The notes: generated by a model from the sequence alone, not told the origin. A stretch of DNA of 64,000 nt from Bacteroidia bacterium (GCA_041565275.1 JBFGVE010000002.1:8775-72774); one strand, 5' to 3'. Counted from the first letter of the stretch, positions 9,092 to 19,914 are shown. A program made the numbers and translations.

Positions 9092-10383
9092 CGCTTGATT
9101 AAATGTTTTGTATAGTCACCAGATTCCGCATGTAATTTGAGCAGGTAGTTTCCTGCTGAGAGGTTACTTAGATCAAGCTCGGTGATTACCTTCACTTCCG
9201 AAGTGAAAAAGACACAATTCCCGGAAAAGGAGTAGATCCTTATAGAGAGGGGTAAGTCATTCAGACGACTTGCATCTATTGTTACCTGATCCGTGAAGGG
9301 GTTGGGATAGGATTTAACAATTACCTCGTCTGAGAACAAATCACTGGAACCAGTGGCGAGGCGCCCATCTACGTCAAAGGCTTCAGGTGAGACTCCTACT
9401 GCCACGGAATCTATCAGAATTCCGGAGGAATTATACCGGTAAATACTCCCCCAGGTACTGTAATCGGTTGCAGACAGATAAAATTCTATGTTCTGGGTAT
9501 CCATGGCACTTCCGGCCCAAGGCCCGGGGATCATAGGTGTATTGCTGAGTGCATAGGGATTTGATCCTTCGATCTCAACACTGTTAAAAGCTCCGTCAAA
9601 CATACCGTAGAGGGTATTGCCAACCAGGGTTGTAGCGCCGTTGAAGCCGATAGGGTAGGGTACTGTGGTGGAAATTGCGGTGCGTGCTCCGAGTGGAATC
9701 TGGGAAATAACTCCGGTAGTACTGCCAAAACTGAGGGAACTCAGAGTGTAGAGCATACTGTCACCTGGGCGGAAGAAAATGTCAGTGACAGATTCTCCCA
9801 GTGAGTCAAGGTTAATTTCGGTGATGAGCGTGCTGTTGTTCAGGTTGATCAGGGCAACTTTACCCGTTGTACTACCGAATCCACCAGGGACGGTCACATA
9901 GGCAGTGTCATTGACCACAACTACTCCTTCGCATTGGCCGGAAATGTTTTGTACAGCAGCAACTTCGCTGAGGTCAGACTGGTTGAAGATCCGTACGTAG
10001 TCAGAGTTAACGGGAAACCCACAAGCCGCAACAAGGGCGGCCTGGTTCGGAGCAGTGGTAATGGATCGAACTCCGGGAGCAGGTACAGACGACATTCGGG
10101 TATAAGTGTCGATGTTATACTTCAGGATCATACCGTCAGCGGCAACATATGCGTACTGGCCGTCGACCAGCACATCCTGTACTGAGCTAACCTCAATTGT
10201 ATCAAAAATGAAGTAACTGCCGGTAACAAGGTTCCAGGCAGCAACCGTAGCTGCATCAGTTGTGTCTGCAAAATCTCCTCCGTTGGCGATGATCAACTGC
10301 CTTGAAGGTTGGGCCAGTGACAGCAGCGGAATGAAGAAAGCACTAAAGAATGCGAATCCGATAAGAATAGAAGAAAACCTCAT
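9088..10383 (-). CDS. T9SS-secreted protein, beta-propeller-like body with a C-terminal Por sorting domain; first gene after the cobalamin riboswitch
   Basis: 431 aa with signal MRFSSILIGFAFFSAFFIPLLSLAQ. The body has LIIANGGDF and repeated strand-turn segments. The C-terminus KSYPNPFTDQVTIDAS..IRIYSFSGNCVF..LSAGNYLLKLH..YTKHLIKR is a typical type-A T9SS CTD. Confidence 0.65.
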   Translation of the reverse strand: MRFSSILIGFAFFSAFFIPLLSLAQPSRQLIIANGGDFADTTDAATVAAWNLVTGSYFIFDTIEVSSVQDVLVDGQYAYVAADGMILKYNIDTYTRMSSVPAPGVRSITTAPNQAALVAACGFPVNSDYVRIFNQSDLSEVAAVQNISGQCEGVVVVNDTAYVTVPGGFGSTTGKVALINLNNSTLITEINLDSLGESVTDIFFRPGDSMLYTLSSLSFGSTTGVISQIPLGARTAISTTVPYPIGFNGATTLVGNTLYGMFDGAFNSVEIEGSNPYALSNTPMIPGPWAGSAMDTQNIEFYLSATDYSTWGSIYRYNSSGILIDSVAVGVSPEAFDVDGRLATGSSDLFSDEVIVKSYPNPFTDQVTIDASRLNDLPLSIRIYSFSGNCVFFTSEVKVITELDLSNLSAGNYLLKLHAESGDYTKHLIKR

Positions 10384-10504
10384 AGCGTTAAATTAGGCTA
10401 ACAATGAATACCATGAGCTTTGGATGTGAAATGAGGTGACAAGTCGGAAAACCTGTACCCGCATTTTCATGATAACTTTTCACCCGAAAGCCCTGAAACT
10501 ATGC

Positions 10505-10680
10505 AAAAGGCAGGTCTTCTGGCTTCCCAAACTCTGGTACCTTCCCATTCGGACATGAACAGTGGTTTTGACCAGATCCCGACCTGGATCGGGTGGGTTA
10601 CAGCAGCGGGGACTGCTCCGGAATTACACCGGATTCCCTTTTAATCCCAGGTCGTCGGACCCGGAAACCTATGCGGCACG
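10505..10680 (-). promoter_or_regulatory. Cobalamin (adenosylcobalamin/B12) riboswitch
   Basis: Four conserved blocks read 5'->3' on the minus strand. AAAAGGGAATCCGGTGTAATTCCGGAGCAGTCCCCGCTGCTGTAA is at 10642->10598. AACCACTG is at 10567->10560. GGGAAGGTACCAGAG is at 10546->10532. The B12 box AGCCAGAAGACCTGCC is at 10524->10509. All are in canonical order, about 125 nt upstream of the ATG at 10383. Confidence 0.88.
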
Positions 10681-10745
10681 AAAGTAGGGATTATTCTCAA
10701 CAAATCTTGTATTTTCGCGTTATAACATGGAATTGATCTGAATAA

Positions 10746-11243
10746 ATGATACATCGATTTGCATTCATCCTGTTATTGCCCATTTACTTTGGTCAGATTT
10801 CAGTGGCCCAGCCGCTGATCAGGGTTATCAAGTTTCCGGATCTGGAATCCTACTTCGATCGGGAGAATGACACTCTCTATGTGATCAACTTTTGGGCTAC
10901 TTGGTGCCGCCCCTGCGTGGCTGAGCTTCCCTTCTTCGATGATGCGGCAGAAAAGTATGCGGAAGATCAGGTTCAGGTATTACTCGTGAGTCTTGATTTT
11001 GTGGATGAAATCGATGGTAGAGTGGCAGAGTACATTGCCCGCAGGGAACCCCAGTCTCCTATTTTGTTATTGGATGAACTCAACGCCAATTCCTGGATCG
11101 ACAAAGTTGCTGCTGAATGGACAGGCGCGATCCCAGCGACTATTTTCGTCAATAAAAAACAAGGTATTCGGGAGTTTCACCAAGGTGATTATACCCGGCA
11201 AGAATTATTTAAAAAGTTAGAAGAATTAATCCACAAGCCATGA
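10746..11243 (+). CDS. TlpA/ResA-like periplasmic thiol:disulfide oxidoreductase
   Basis: 165 aa with a signal peptide and the thioredoxin-fold motif FWATWCRPCVAELP. Confidence 0.8.
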   Translation: MIHRFAFILLLPIYFGQISVAQPLIRVIKFPDLESYFDRENDTLYVINFWATWCRPCVAELPFFDDAAEKYAEDQVQVLLVSLDFVDEIDGRVAEYIARREPQSPILLLDELNANSWIDKVAAEWTGAIPATIFVNKKQGIREFHQGDYTRQELFKKLEELIHKP

Positions 11244-11866
11244 AAAAATTAGTTATTGTATTTACTCTTGCAATGCTTTCATGCGTATTTCTTTATCAGG
11301 CCCATGCCCAGACTGATAAAGCACTGATCGGAGAGAAGGCCCCCACATTTAATCTGAAAAATATAGACGGTAGTATGGTTAGCCTTGATGACTATACCGG
11401 ATCCGAAGGTGTAATATTAATCTTTACCTGTAACCACTGCCCTTACAGCAAACTGTACGAAGACCGCATCAATGAACTAGACGACACACATAGAGGACAG
11501 GGGTTCCCAGTGGTCGCCATTAACCCCAATGACCCCATTGCCTATCCTGAAGACAGCTATGAGAATATGATCGCTCGAGCTAATGAAAAATCATTTAGCT
11601 TCCCTTACCTATTTGACGAAACCCAGGAAGTTGCAACTGCTTATGGTGCTGCCCGAACTCCTCATGCTTATGTGTTGGTCCGAGATAAAGAGAGTGAACA
11701 ATTCTATGTTCGCTATGTGGGTGCCATCGATGATAACCCCAAGGATCCAGATGCAGTTCAGGATAAGTTTATTGAACAAGCGATCACGGATATCAAGAGT
11801 GATAGTGCTGTTTCAAATGAGTACACCAAGGCAATAGGTTGCTCGATCAAATGGAAGGAAAACTAA
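11240..11866 (+). CDS. Thioredoxin-fold (AhpC/TSA-redoxin-like) protein
   Basis: 208 aa with a signal peptide and a CxxC site in ILIFTCNHCPYSK. ATGA overlap with the upstream Trx-like gene. Confidence 0.7.
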   Translation: MKKLVIVFTLAMLSCVFLYQAHAQTDKALIGEKAPTFNLKNIDGSMVSLDDYTGSEGVILIFTCNHCPYSKLYEDRINELDDTHRGQGFPVVAINPNDPIAYPEDSYENMIARANEKSFSFPYLFDETQEVATAYGAARTPHAYVLVRDKESEQFYVRYVGAIDDNPKDPDAVQDKFIEQAITDIKSDSAVSNEYTKAIGCSIKWKEN

Positions 11867-11934
11867 TGGACATTTTACCATTAAACGTCCTAATTAATAA
11901 AAAACTCTCGTCCAGTAATTTAAAACCCCTCCTC

Positions 11935-12810
11935 CTATTCATGTAAGAGTTTCAATAAATATTCCCCGTATCCACTTTTGATCAGCGGCTTAGCTACCTC
12001 TCGTAATTGGTCGTCGTCGATGAAACCCATTCTCCAGGAAACCTCTTCGATACAGCCAACCTTGAGCCCCTGTCGCTTCTCGATGATTTGTACAAAATTC
12101 CCGGCATCTATCAATGAATCATGAGTTCCGGTATCTAGCCAAGCCGTACCCCGACTGAGAATTGAGACTTTTAGTTTTCTGTTTTTCAGGAAAACGCGGT
12201 TCACATCTGTGATCTCCAATTCACCTCTAGAAGAGGGCTTGAGCTCTTTAACAATGTCAATTACAGAGTTGTCATAAAAATAGATTCCCGGCACTGCAAA
12301 GGATGACTTGGGCCGCTCAGGTTTTTCTTCGATGGATAATGCTTCACCATTTTCAGCAAATTCCACTACACCATAACGTGCAGGGTCAGATACGTGGTAG
12401 GCGAATACCATTCCACCACCTTCTTCGCGAATCGTCCGTGAACCCTCCTGCAGGGTTTTAATCAATTCCGTACCGTAGAAGATATTGTCACCAAGGATCA
12501 AGGCCACATCATCCGCTCCTACAAAATCTGCCCCGATGATAAATGCCTGCGCCAACCCTTCTGGGCTGGGCTGGACCGCATATTCGATCCGCATCCCCAG
12601 GTTGGCTCCGTCGCCAAGTAACTGGCGGAACAAATCCGTATGTTCGGGAGTAGAGATGATTAACAATTCACGAATCCCAGCCATCATCATGGTTGAAAGG
12701 GGGTAGTAGATCATTGGCTTGTCGTAAACTGGCATGAGTTGCTTACTTACCGCAATGGTCAATGGATACAAACGGGTGCCGGAACCGCCAGCAAGGATGA
12801 TGCCTCTCAT
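11935..12810 (-). CDS. rfbA: Glucose-1-phosphate thymidylyltransferase
   Basis: [36 protein letters not shown] are canonical RfbA/RmlA motifs. I moved the start from the track's 12912 to the ATG at 12810, because the 34-aa track extension is not RfbA-like. Confidence 0.93.
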   Translation of the reverse strand: MRGIILAGGSGTRLYPLTIAVSKQLMPVYDKPMIYYPLSTMMMAGIRELLIISTPEHTDLFRQLLGDGANLGMRIEYAVQPSPEGLAQAFIIGADFVGADDVALILGDNIFYGTELIKTLQEGSRTIREEGGGMVFAYHVSDPARYGVVEFAENGEALSIEEKPERPKSSFAVPGIYFYDNSVIDIVKELKPSSRGELEITDVNRVFLKNRKLKVSILSRGTAWLDTGTHDSLIDAGNFVQIIEKRQGLKVGCIEEVSWRMGFIDDDQLREVAKPLIKSGYGEYLLKLLHE

Positions 12811-12891
12811 GTAAATTTTATTAAGATTGTGAGTCTTTGGCAGCAAATTCCTACTTTTGAAGCGAAAAAGAAAATATGATTTGGCCTTGCT

Positions 12892-14379
12892 ATGAAAAGA
12901 AAGATTTTCCACGTACTCTGGATTCTGCTCATCCTTGGAGGACTGGGAATCTCACTGGCCTGGCTGTTCGTCCCCGACTTCAGCTTGATGGTCGGTCGCC
13001 GTTACCGAATGTATTTCGAGGGAAATACCTATCCGGTGACCTATTTGCAAGCCACCCCTTTTGGCGATTCTATTTTTCTTTCCTGGGAAAACCCCGACGA
13101 CAGCCGCTTTGACCATACGGAAATCTATTATTCTGCCAAGGTAGTACCGGACCGGGATGACTACCAAAAGCCACAAAGCGGTTCGGCAGTTGACTCCAAT
13201 AGTGAAGATCCTATCGCAAAAGATCCCAATGGTGGTAATCTCAAAGAATCTCAGAACGGTGACGATAAATCAAGGGTCATCAAGCTGAAAACCCTGGACA
13301 AAAAAACCTCTTATATGTGGTTCAAGCCACCCGGTGGCAACAAAGGTAAAAATGCCTTTTTTACAGCCTACACGGTAGATGGAAACAGTCAATTTTCAGT
13401 TGGTGTCACCGATAAAATCGAACGCAATGGCCAGGGATCAACCTCAGAGAACCCCGACCAAACCTCGAATGCAGGAACGGATTCCGGTTACTCCATTGCA
13501 GACATGAATCCAAACTCAACAATTGAAGGAACCGTATCACACCACTCAATGCCTAATGGTGTCTTCACCTATTGGTACGAATTCAAAAGCGTCTTTTTTA
13601 ACCTTCCGTATTTCATTCTGGAAAATGACCAATTGAAGTGTTGGTTTGCCAACGGCACCCTCTTTGCTATTGAGCACAAAACCGCTGACCTCCGCCCCGA
13701 ATACAACCCATTTGGCCCGATCTATTCTTTCACCAACAGCATGGACACCTGGGAAGTGGTTGCCCCTGAAGTTTCCTACCCTGTCTTCTGCCTTCCCTCC
13801 GAAATGTTTGAGGGCAGTGACAGCACATGGATTGAAACCTACACCGACAGTAATTCCATTACTTTCACCCGCCACCGTTCCTTCGAAGGGGCATTTGCCC
13901 GGATGACCTATACCCTTGACTCCACCCGGCTCAAAGTATCCCTTTTGCCCCTCAACGATTCCAAATACTACGTCCGTTTCAACACCATCGGCAATCCCAA
14001 CTTCAAAGCCATTACCCACTGGGAGGCCAGGCAGGTACTAGGATCAGTTGAAGAAGATGGAAATGAGGAAGCCCAGATTGCGGCCGCAGAAGCTCATACC
14101 CCCGACCAATTCTACAAGCATCAAGACAAAGTCTTCAACGACGAATATCCTTACCTTAACTCCCGCACCTTTCTCCTTATGGGACCGCAAACCGAATTCC
14201 ACCTCTACCACGGTGCACAGAAGCTCTACGTCCTTCGCGAAATCAAAGGGACCAAAGACTTTTTCTATAAGAATTGCTCAGGTGAGGAAAATTTCACTTT
14301 TGGGATGCAGTGGCCATATGAAAATTATGTAGCGGCCATTGATCAGGAATTTTCGTTTGTGGTGGATGTGGTTTATTAG
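12892..14379 (+). CDS. Hypothetical membrane-anchored protein (N-terminal TM, FN3-like module, low-complexity linker, unknown C-terminal domain)
   Basis: 495-aa ORF with [22 protein letters not shown]. The segment [22 protein letters not shown] looks like an FN3-type strand pattern. It is inserted in opposite orientation between rfbA and rfbC. No family recognised. Confidence 0.5.
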   Translation: MKRKIFHVLWILLILGGLGISLAWLFVPDFSLMVGRRYRMYFEGNTYPVTYLQATPFGDSIFLSWENPDDSRFDHTEIYYSAKVVPDRDDYQKPQSGSAVDSNSEDPIAKDPNGGNLKESQNGDDKSRVIKLKTLDKKTSYMWFKPPGGNKGKNAFFTAYTVDGNSQFSVGVTDKIERNGQGSTSENPDQTSNAGTDSGYSIADMNPNSTIEGTVSHHSMPNGVFTYWYEFKSVFFNLPYFILENDQLKCWFANGTLFAIEHKTADLRPEYNPFGPIYSFTNSMDTWEVVAPEVSYPVFCLPSEMFEGSDSTWIETYTDSNSITFTRHRSFEGAFARMTYTLDSTRLKVSLLPLNDSKYYVRFNTIGNPNFKAITHWEARQVLGSVEEDGNEEAQIAAAEAHTPDQFYKHQDKVFNDEYPYLNSRTFLLMGPQTEFHLYHGAQKLYVLREIKGTKDFFYKNCSGEENFTFGMQWPYENYVAAIDQEFSFVVDVVY

Positions 14380-14414
14380 GGGGAGAAAATGCTCATTATT
14401 ATGGGAAAACGCGA

Positions 14415-14966
14415 TCAGGTAAAAGGACTCTCAAACTCGGCAAACGGAGCATAGGCCTTATCCTTCTCGGACAGGACAGGTTCAGCTATCTCCCAATCAA
14501 TCCCCAGAGCGGGATCGTTCCACATCAGCCCGCCTTCGGATTCCCGATTGTAGATATTGGTACACTTGTAGCAGAAGAGGCAGGTGTCACTGAGGACGGC
14601 AAAACCATGGGCAAAGCCTGGAGGCATCCAGAACATCCGGTGGTTCTCCCCGCTCAAGCGCACACTCCAATGCTGACCATAAGTCGGCGAACCCCGGCGG
14701 ATGTCTACCGCCACATCAATCGCTTCCCCTTGCAGCGCAGCGACCAGCTTGCCCTGGGAGTATGGCGGTGCCTGAAAATGAAGTCCCCGCAAAATGTTTT
14801 TTTCGGAATAGGAGACATTGTCCTGAACGAAGTTTAGGTCAAGCCCAATCTTTAGGAAGGAATTCGCATTGTAAGTTTCCTTGAAGAATCCACGGTGGTC
14901 ACCGAATACATCCGGCTCGATGATCAGGAGGCCTTCTATTCCTGTCTCAATACGCTTGAACCCCAT
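14415..14966 (-). CDS. rfbC: dTDP-4-dehydrorhamnose 3,5-epimerase
   Basis: 183 aa. [26 protein letters not shown] and PPGFAHGF are RmlC cupin motifs. Confidence 0.93.
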   Translation of the reverse strand: MGFKRIETGIEGLLIIEPDVFGDHRGFFKETYNANSFLKIGLDLNFVQDNVSYSEKNILRGLHFQAPPYSQGKLVAALQGEAIDVAVDIRRGSPTYGQHWSVRLSGENHRMFWMPPGFAHGFAVLSDTCLFCYKCTNIYNRESEGGLMWNDPALGIDWEIAEPVLSEKDKAYAPFAEFESPFT

Positions 14967-15912
14967 GCATAGACCTTTTGAAGTATTTGACTGTGGTTTT
15001 CAATCCCTCCTGACGAGAGATTTTGGGTTCCCAGCCGAGCAACTTCCGGGCCAGGGTAATGTCCGGCTCCCGCACCTTGGGATCGTCTTCGGGCAATTCC
15101 TGAAAAGTGATTTTACTCTTTGATTCGGTCAGTGCCACGATCTCCCTGGCAAATTCGAGAATGGAAACCTCTTCCGGATTGCCAATGTTGACCGGCTCTG
15201 GCGAATCGCAGTGGAGCAAGCGGTAGATGCCCTCCACCTGATCGGAAATGTAGCAAAAGCTGCGGGTCTGAGAACCGTCCCCAAAGACGGTAATGTCATC
15301 TCCATTCAAAGCTTGGCCAATGAAGGCCGGCAAAGCCCGACCATCATTGATCCTCATCCGGGGACCATAGGTGTTGAAGATGCGAACAATTCGCGTTTCC
15401 AGGTTGTGGTAACGGTGGTAGGCCATGGTGATGGCCTCCATGAACCGCTTGGCTTCATCATAAACACCACGATATCCAATCGGATTTACATTGCCCCAAT
15501 AGCTCTCCTTCTGGGGATGGACCAGGGGATCACCGTAGACCTCAGACGTAGAGGCGATCAGCATCCGCGCATTTTTAGCCTTGGCTAGTCCGAGGATTTT
15601 GTGGGTTCCCAGCGATCCTACCTTGAGGGTCTGGATAGGAAAGTTAAGGTAATCTTTGGGACTGGCCGGAGAGGCGAAATGCAAAATATAATCCAGGCTT
15701 CCAGCAACGTGGTTGAATTCGGTTACATCATGATGAATGAACTGAAAGTCCTTGTTGCCGAAATGGTGTTGAATATTTTCGAGGTTACCAGTGATGAGGT
15801 TGTCCATCACGATGACTTGAAAGCCCTCGTCAATGAACCTGTCAACCAAGTGCGAGCCTAGAAAACCAGCTCCTCCTGTGATCAAAATACGTCGCTTACG
15901 AATGGGATTCAT
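14947..15912 (-). CDS. uxs: UDP-glucuronate decarboxylase (UDP-xylose synthase), SDR family
   Basis: 321 aa with [17 protein letters not shown], the YDEAKR catalytic pattern and strong UXS-like sequence throughout. The 3' end overlaps the rfbC start by 20 nt. Confidence 0.8.
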   Translation of the reverse strand: MNPIRKRRILITGGAGFLGSHLVDRFIDEGFQVIVMDNLITGNLENIQHHFGNKDFQFIHHDVTEFNHVAGSLDYILHFASPASPKDYLNFPIQTLKVGSLGTHKILGLAKAKNARMLIASTSEVYGDPLVHPQKESYWGNVNPIGYRGVYDEAKRFMEAITMAYHRYHNLETRIVRIFNTYGPRMRINDGRALPAFIGQALNGDDITVFGDGSQTRSFCYISDQVEGIYRLLHCDSPEPVNIGNPEEVSILEFAREIVALTESKSKITFQELPEDDPKVREPDITLARKLLGWEPKISRQEGLKTTVKYFKRSMHGVQAY

Positions 15913-15915
15913 TTT

Positions 15916-17259
15916 CTATTGCTCTTTGCTCACGCTGGTGCGATTAAGGGCATTGATAACACCCCGTCCGATTGTATTGTAGTAGAATCCACGCTCACGC
16001 ATGTCATCCAGATCGTAAATATTGCGGCCGTCAAAAATGACGGGTTTATTTAGTAGAGACTTTATCTTGTCGAAGTCAGGGGTGCGAAATTCGTTCCATT
16101 CGGTCAAGATGAGCAAGGCATCTGCTCCTTCAAGTGCTTTGTAGCGATTATCTGCTAAGTCAACGGTGAGGTCGGTGTACTCTCGGATTTGCCACATTGC
16201 TTCGGGATCATAGGCCTTGACAATGGCACCCATTCTGGTGAGTTCCTCGATGATGGTCAAGGCCGGGGCTTCGCGGATATCATCGGTATTGGGCTTGAAA
16301 GCCAATCCCCAGACAGCAAAAGTATATCCACTCAGGTCAGAGCCGTAATAGTTCTCAATTTTTTCGACAAGACGATGTTTTTGGGCATTGTTGACCTTCA
16401 TTACGGCATCAAGAAGACGGAAATCGTATTGGTAAGCCTGTGCTGTTCTGTGAAGGGCTGAGACATCTTTTGGAAAGCAGGAACCGCCATAACCAATCCC
16501 GGCAAACAGAAACCGCTTACCGATACGAGAGTCAGACCCGACCCCCCGACGTACCATGTCTACATCGGCACCGACCAACTCACAAAGATTTGCAATCTCA
16601 TTCATAAAGGTGATTTTGGTGGCCAGCATAGAGTTGGCAGCATATTTGGTCAATTCGGAGGACCGCTCATCCATGAAGATAATGGGATTACCTGACATCA
16701 GGAAAGGCTTGTAGAGGCGTTTGAGTATTTTGCGGGCCCGAGGGGAACGAGTTCCTACCACGACACGCTCAGGCTTCAAAAAGTCATTGACAGCTGCTCC
16801 TTCGCGGAGGAATTCGGGATTGGAAACTACATCGAATTCAACCTGTGCGTGACGAGCAATGACCTCAGTTACTCTATCGGCCGTGCCAACCGGAACCGTG
16901 CTTTTGTTGACGATAACCCTGTAATCCTTGAGTATCTGGCCGATATCGTTAGCAACCGCAAGTAGGTGCCGGAGATCCGCAGAGCCGTCCTCCATAGGAG
17001 GAGTTGGTAATGCCAAAAAGATAACCTCTGCAAATTCTACCGCTTTTGCCAGATCATCCGTGAAGGTCAGGCGCCCCTCAGAAGTATTCCGTTCGAAGAG
17101 AACTTCCAAACCGGGTTCATAAATCGGAATTATCCCTGCGTGTAATTTGGCCAGTTTATCTTGGTTATTATCTACACAAATAACATCATTACCGGATTCA
17201 GCAAAACAGGTACCTCCTACCAATCCTACATATCCGGTTCCTACAAAAGCCACTTTCAT
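15916..17259 (-). CDS. ugd: UDP-glucose 6-dehydrogenase
   Basis: 447 aa with MKVAFVGTGYVGLVGG, the catalytic region GIGYGGSCFPKDV and WGLAFKPNTDDIREAP. Confidence 0.9.
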   Translation of the reverse strand: MKVAFVGTGYVGLVGGTCFAESGNDVICVDNNQDKLAKLHAGIIPIYEPGLEVLFERNTSEGRLTFTDDLAKAVEFAEVIFLALPTPPMEDGSADLRHLLAVANDIGQILKDYRVIVNKSTVPVGTADRVTEVIARHAQVEFDVVSNPEFLREGAAVNDFLKPERVVVGTRSPRARKILKRLYKPFLMSGNPIIFMDERSSELTKYAANSMLATKITFMNEIANLCELVGADVDMVRRGVGSDSRIGKRFLFAGIGYGGSCFPKDVSALHRTAQAYQYDFRLLDAVMKVNNAQKHRLVEKIENYYGSDLSGYTFAVWGLAFKPNTDDIREAPALTIIEELTRMGAIVKAYDPEAMWQIREYTDLTVDLADNRYKALEGADALLILTEWNEFRTPDFDKIKSLLNKPVIFDGRNIYDLDDMRERGFYYNTIGRGVINALNRTSVSKEQ

Positions 17260-17321
17260 TATGATTTGTTTTTAGTTTTCCTGGATTCACCAAGGTTTTT
17301 AATTCTGTCTAGCTTAGATGG

Positions 17322-18467
17322 TCACTGGTTGAAAAGTTCTAAAAAATTTCCAGCAATATATGCCACTTGGTTTGCATCCAGTTCAGAGTGCATCGGCAAG
17401 CTGATCACCTCTTCACTCAGGCGCTCAGATACGGGAAAGTCTCCCACCTTGTTGTCATAGGTATAGGCAGGCTGCAGATGCAGGGAAACCGGATAATACA
17501 CCCCCGAAGGAATTCCCCTTTCTCCCAGCTCTTTCCGGATGAAATCACGTTTTTTGCGGCCTGACTTCACACGGAGGGTATACTGGTGGAACACATGTCT
17601 GCAATTGCCAGATCTCCAAGGAGTTACCAAGCCATCTACACCAGCAAATGCTCGGTCATAAAGATCGGCAGCTGCGATTCGGTTTGTGTTGTAGGTATCC
17701 AGGTATTTGAGCTTGGTGTCTAATATGGCTGCTTGAATGGAATCCAGGCGGCTGTTCACCCCTATCATATCATAGTAATAGCGGCGATTGGACCCATGGT
17801 TGCAGACCTGAAGGATCTTGTCAGCCAGTTGGGTATCGTTGGTCCAGAGGGCACCACCGTCTCCGTAGGCACCCAGATTTTTACTGGGATAGAAGGAGGT
17901 GGTACCAACATGGCCAATCAGCCCTGACTGATAAGTCATTCCGCTGGCCATCGTATAGGTTGCACCTATGGATTGAGCGGCATCCTCAATCACATAGAGG
18001 TTATACTTGTTCGCAATATCCATGATCGGTTGCATGTCGGCGGGCTGACCGAAAAGATGAACCGGGACAATGGCCTTTGTTTTTTCGGTAATCGCAGCCT
18101 CAATCTTAGAAGTGTTGATGTTGAAAGAGTCATCGGTTACGTCTACAAATACAGGCTTAAGGCCCAAGAGTGCCACGACTTCACAGGTAGCAGCAAATGT
18201 AAATGGGGTGGTAATGACTTCATCACCAGGTTGAAGTTCCAATGCCATCAGGGCTACCTGAAGGGCATCGGTACCATTTGCGCAGGGAATAACTCGCTCA
18301 GCGCCCAAATAATTGGCTAGGTTGGCGGTGAATTGCTTAACTGCAGGGCCATTGATATAGGCACCGGAAGCGACCACCTCTGCGATGGCAGCATTCATTT
18401 CATGCTTAATACGTTCGTACTGTGTAATGGTGTCCACCATACGAATTGTCATGGATTCCGTCATCAT
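17322..18467 (-). CDS. DegT/DnrJ/EryC1/StrS-family sugar aminotransferase (WbpE-like)
   Basis: 381 aa. [12 protein letters not shown] and [16 protein letters not shown] (PLP-lysine region) are typical of the family. Confidence 0.85.
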   Translation of the reverse strand: MMTESMTIRMVDTITQYERIKHEMNAAIAEVVASGAYINGPAVKQFTANLANYLGAERVIPCANGTDALQVALMALELQPGDEVITTPFTFAATCEVVALLGLKPVFVDVTDDSFNINTSKIEAAITEKTKAIVPVHLFGQPADMQPIMDIANKYNLYVIEDAAQSIGATYTMASGMTYQSGLIGHVGTTSFYPSKNLGAYGDGGALWTNDTQLADKILQVCNHGSNRRYYYDMIGVNSRLDSIQAAILDTKLKYLDTYNTNRIAAADLYDRAFAGVDGLVTPWRSGNCRHVFHQYTLRVKSGRKKRDFIRKELGERGIPSGVYYPVSLHLQPAYTYDNKVGDFPVSERLSEEVISLPMHSELDANQVAYIAGNFLELFNQ

Positions 18468-19048
18468 TTAAGCTTTTTAACCTGATCGCTGATCAATTGA
18501 TAATTATCTTTGCTGCCAACACATTCGGCAAAACCTTTGTCGTCAAATTCAAGTCGGTGACCCCATTCGCTCATCCAGCCTATCTGCCGTGCTGGGTTTC
18601 CCACAACCAACGCATAATCCGGAACATCTTTCGTCACCACCGCTCCCGCACCGACAAATGAAAATTTACCTAATTTGACCCCACATATAATGGTTGCATT
18701 TGCCCCCACAGAGACGCCTTGCTCCAGATGCGTCAATAAATATTCCGATCGGCGCACCACTCCACTACGGGGGTTGATCACGTTGGTAAATACCATGGAA
18801 GGCCCCAGGAAGACATCATCCTCGCAGATAACCCCTTCATAAATAGAGACATTATTCTGAACCTTGACATTGTTCCCCAGCCGCACACCAGATGCAACAA
18901 ACACATTTTGACCAAGGCTACAATGTTCGCCAATTCTGGAGTTTGGCATGATATGACAAAAGTGCCAGACTTTCGTTCCTTTTCCAATATCGACCGGTTG
19001 GTCGATCACAGCGGTCTTATGCACAAAGTATTCAGCTTTCTGTGTCAT
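18464..19048 (-). CDS. Hexapeptide-repeat sugar N-acetyltransferase (WbpD-like)
   Basis: 194 aa with left-handed beta-helix repeats ([35 protein letters not shown]). It overlaps the aminotransferase start. Confidence 0.75.
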   Translation of the reverse strand: MTQKAEYFVHKTAVIDQPVDIGKGTKVWHFCHIMPNSRIGEHCSLGQNVFVASGVRLGNNVKVQNNVSIYEGVICEDDVFLGPSMVFTNVINPRSGVVRRSEYLLTHLEQGVSVGANATIICGVKLGKFSFVGAGAVVTKDVPDYALVVGNPARQIGWMSEWGHRLEFDDKGFAECVGSKDNYQLISDQVKKLK

Positions 19049-19131
19049 TAAAGCACGTTTCTAACAGTTGAATTGCGAGGCTTATTGTACTATAATTGTA
19101 CCAACTTTTTTTAAAAGTAATAAAGTTTCAC

Positions 19132-19914
19132 ATGAAATCAACAGTCCTCCACTGTTTAATTATAGGTCTTCTGTTTCTGCCTCAGCTTGTCTCCGGACAA
19201 CAGAATATTCGGGACAGTACGATCAGCTTTGCTTGGACCAGCCTTGGTTATATCGGAAGTGGTCCCGGGGGCGATCTTGATGACCGTTATGGCTACACCA
19301 GTCACTTGATGATTGAGGGAGGTTACAAGTTAAAGAGTAATTTTTATTTTGCTGGTGGGGTCGAATTTCTCTTTGGCAACCGTATCAACGAACCTGTTGC
19401 CCAAGCCATCACTTCTCTGAACGGTACCCCGGAGACTGGCTATATCCAGCAAGCTATTGGTGCCGATGGCCTTTGGTACGATATCCGAATGTATCAACGG
19501 GGCTTTGTTATTCCAATTCGCCTCGGGAAACTCATTCCCATTGTCAAGACCCACAATCAAAATTCCGGTCTTTTTGTGGAACTCGGATCCCAGTTCATCC
19601 AACACAAGGTCCGTATAGAAGTGGTTGGAGACAACGTCCCCCAACTCGCAAATGAATACCTTCCGGGCTACGATCGCCTCACCAATGGGATTGGAATTAC
19701 TGAAGCAATCGGCTATCGGTACCATAGCAATCGGAAATTCATCAATTTTCAGATTGGGTTTCTATTAAGCCAAAACTTCACCCGGAGCCGTCGCGACTGG
19801 AACTATGACTATGGTCGGAAGGATGAAACCCAGCGGCTGGACCTTTTGAGTGGTTTCCGCGTAGGGTGGGTCTTTCCAATTTATCAGTCCGTGGATACGC
19901 GGGCTTATTATTAA
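19132..19914 (+). CDS. Hypothetical outer-membrane beta-barrel-like protein
   Basis: Signal peptide MKSTVLHCLIIGLLFLPQLVSGQQ from the ATG at 19132 (track start is 19096). It has alternating-hydrophobic strands and an aromatic C-terminus. Function unknown. Confidence 0.4.
   Translation: MKSTVLHCLIIGLLFLPQLVSGQQNIRDSTISFAWTSLGYIGSGPGGDLDDRYGYTSHLMIEGGYKLKSNFYFAGGVEFLFGNRINEPVAQAITSLNGTPETGYIQQAIGADGLWYDIRMYQRGFVIPIRLGKLIPIVKTHNQNSGLFVELGSQFIQHKVRIEVVGDNVPQLANEYLPGYDRLTNGIGITEAIGYRYHSNRKFINFQIGFLLSQNFTRSRRDWNYDYGRKDETQRLDLLSGFRVGWVFPIYQSVDTRAYY

Noticed and set aside
13546-14019. 157-aa minus-strand ORF inside the 12892..14379 gene. Similar antisense or alternative-frame ORFs occur at 40900..41379, 7375..7785, 7132..7520, 4337..4786 and 1497..2217.
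   Set aside because: Each overlaps a longer ORF that has a signal peptide, family motifs or translational coupling to its neighbours. None has independent support.
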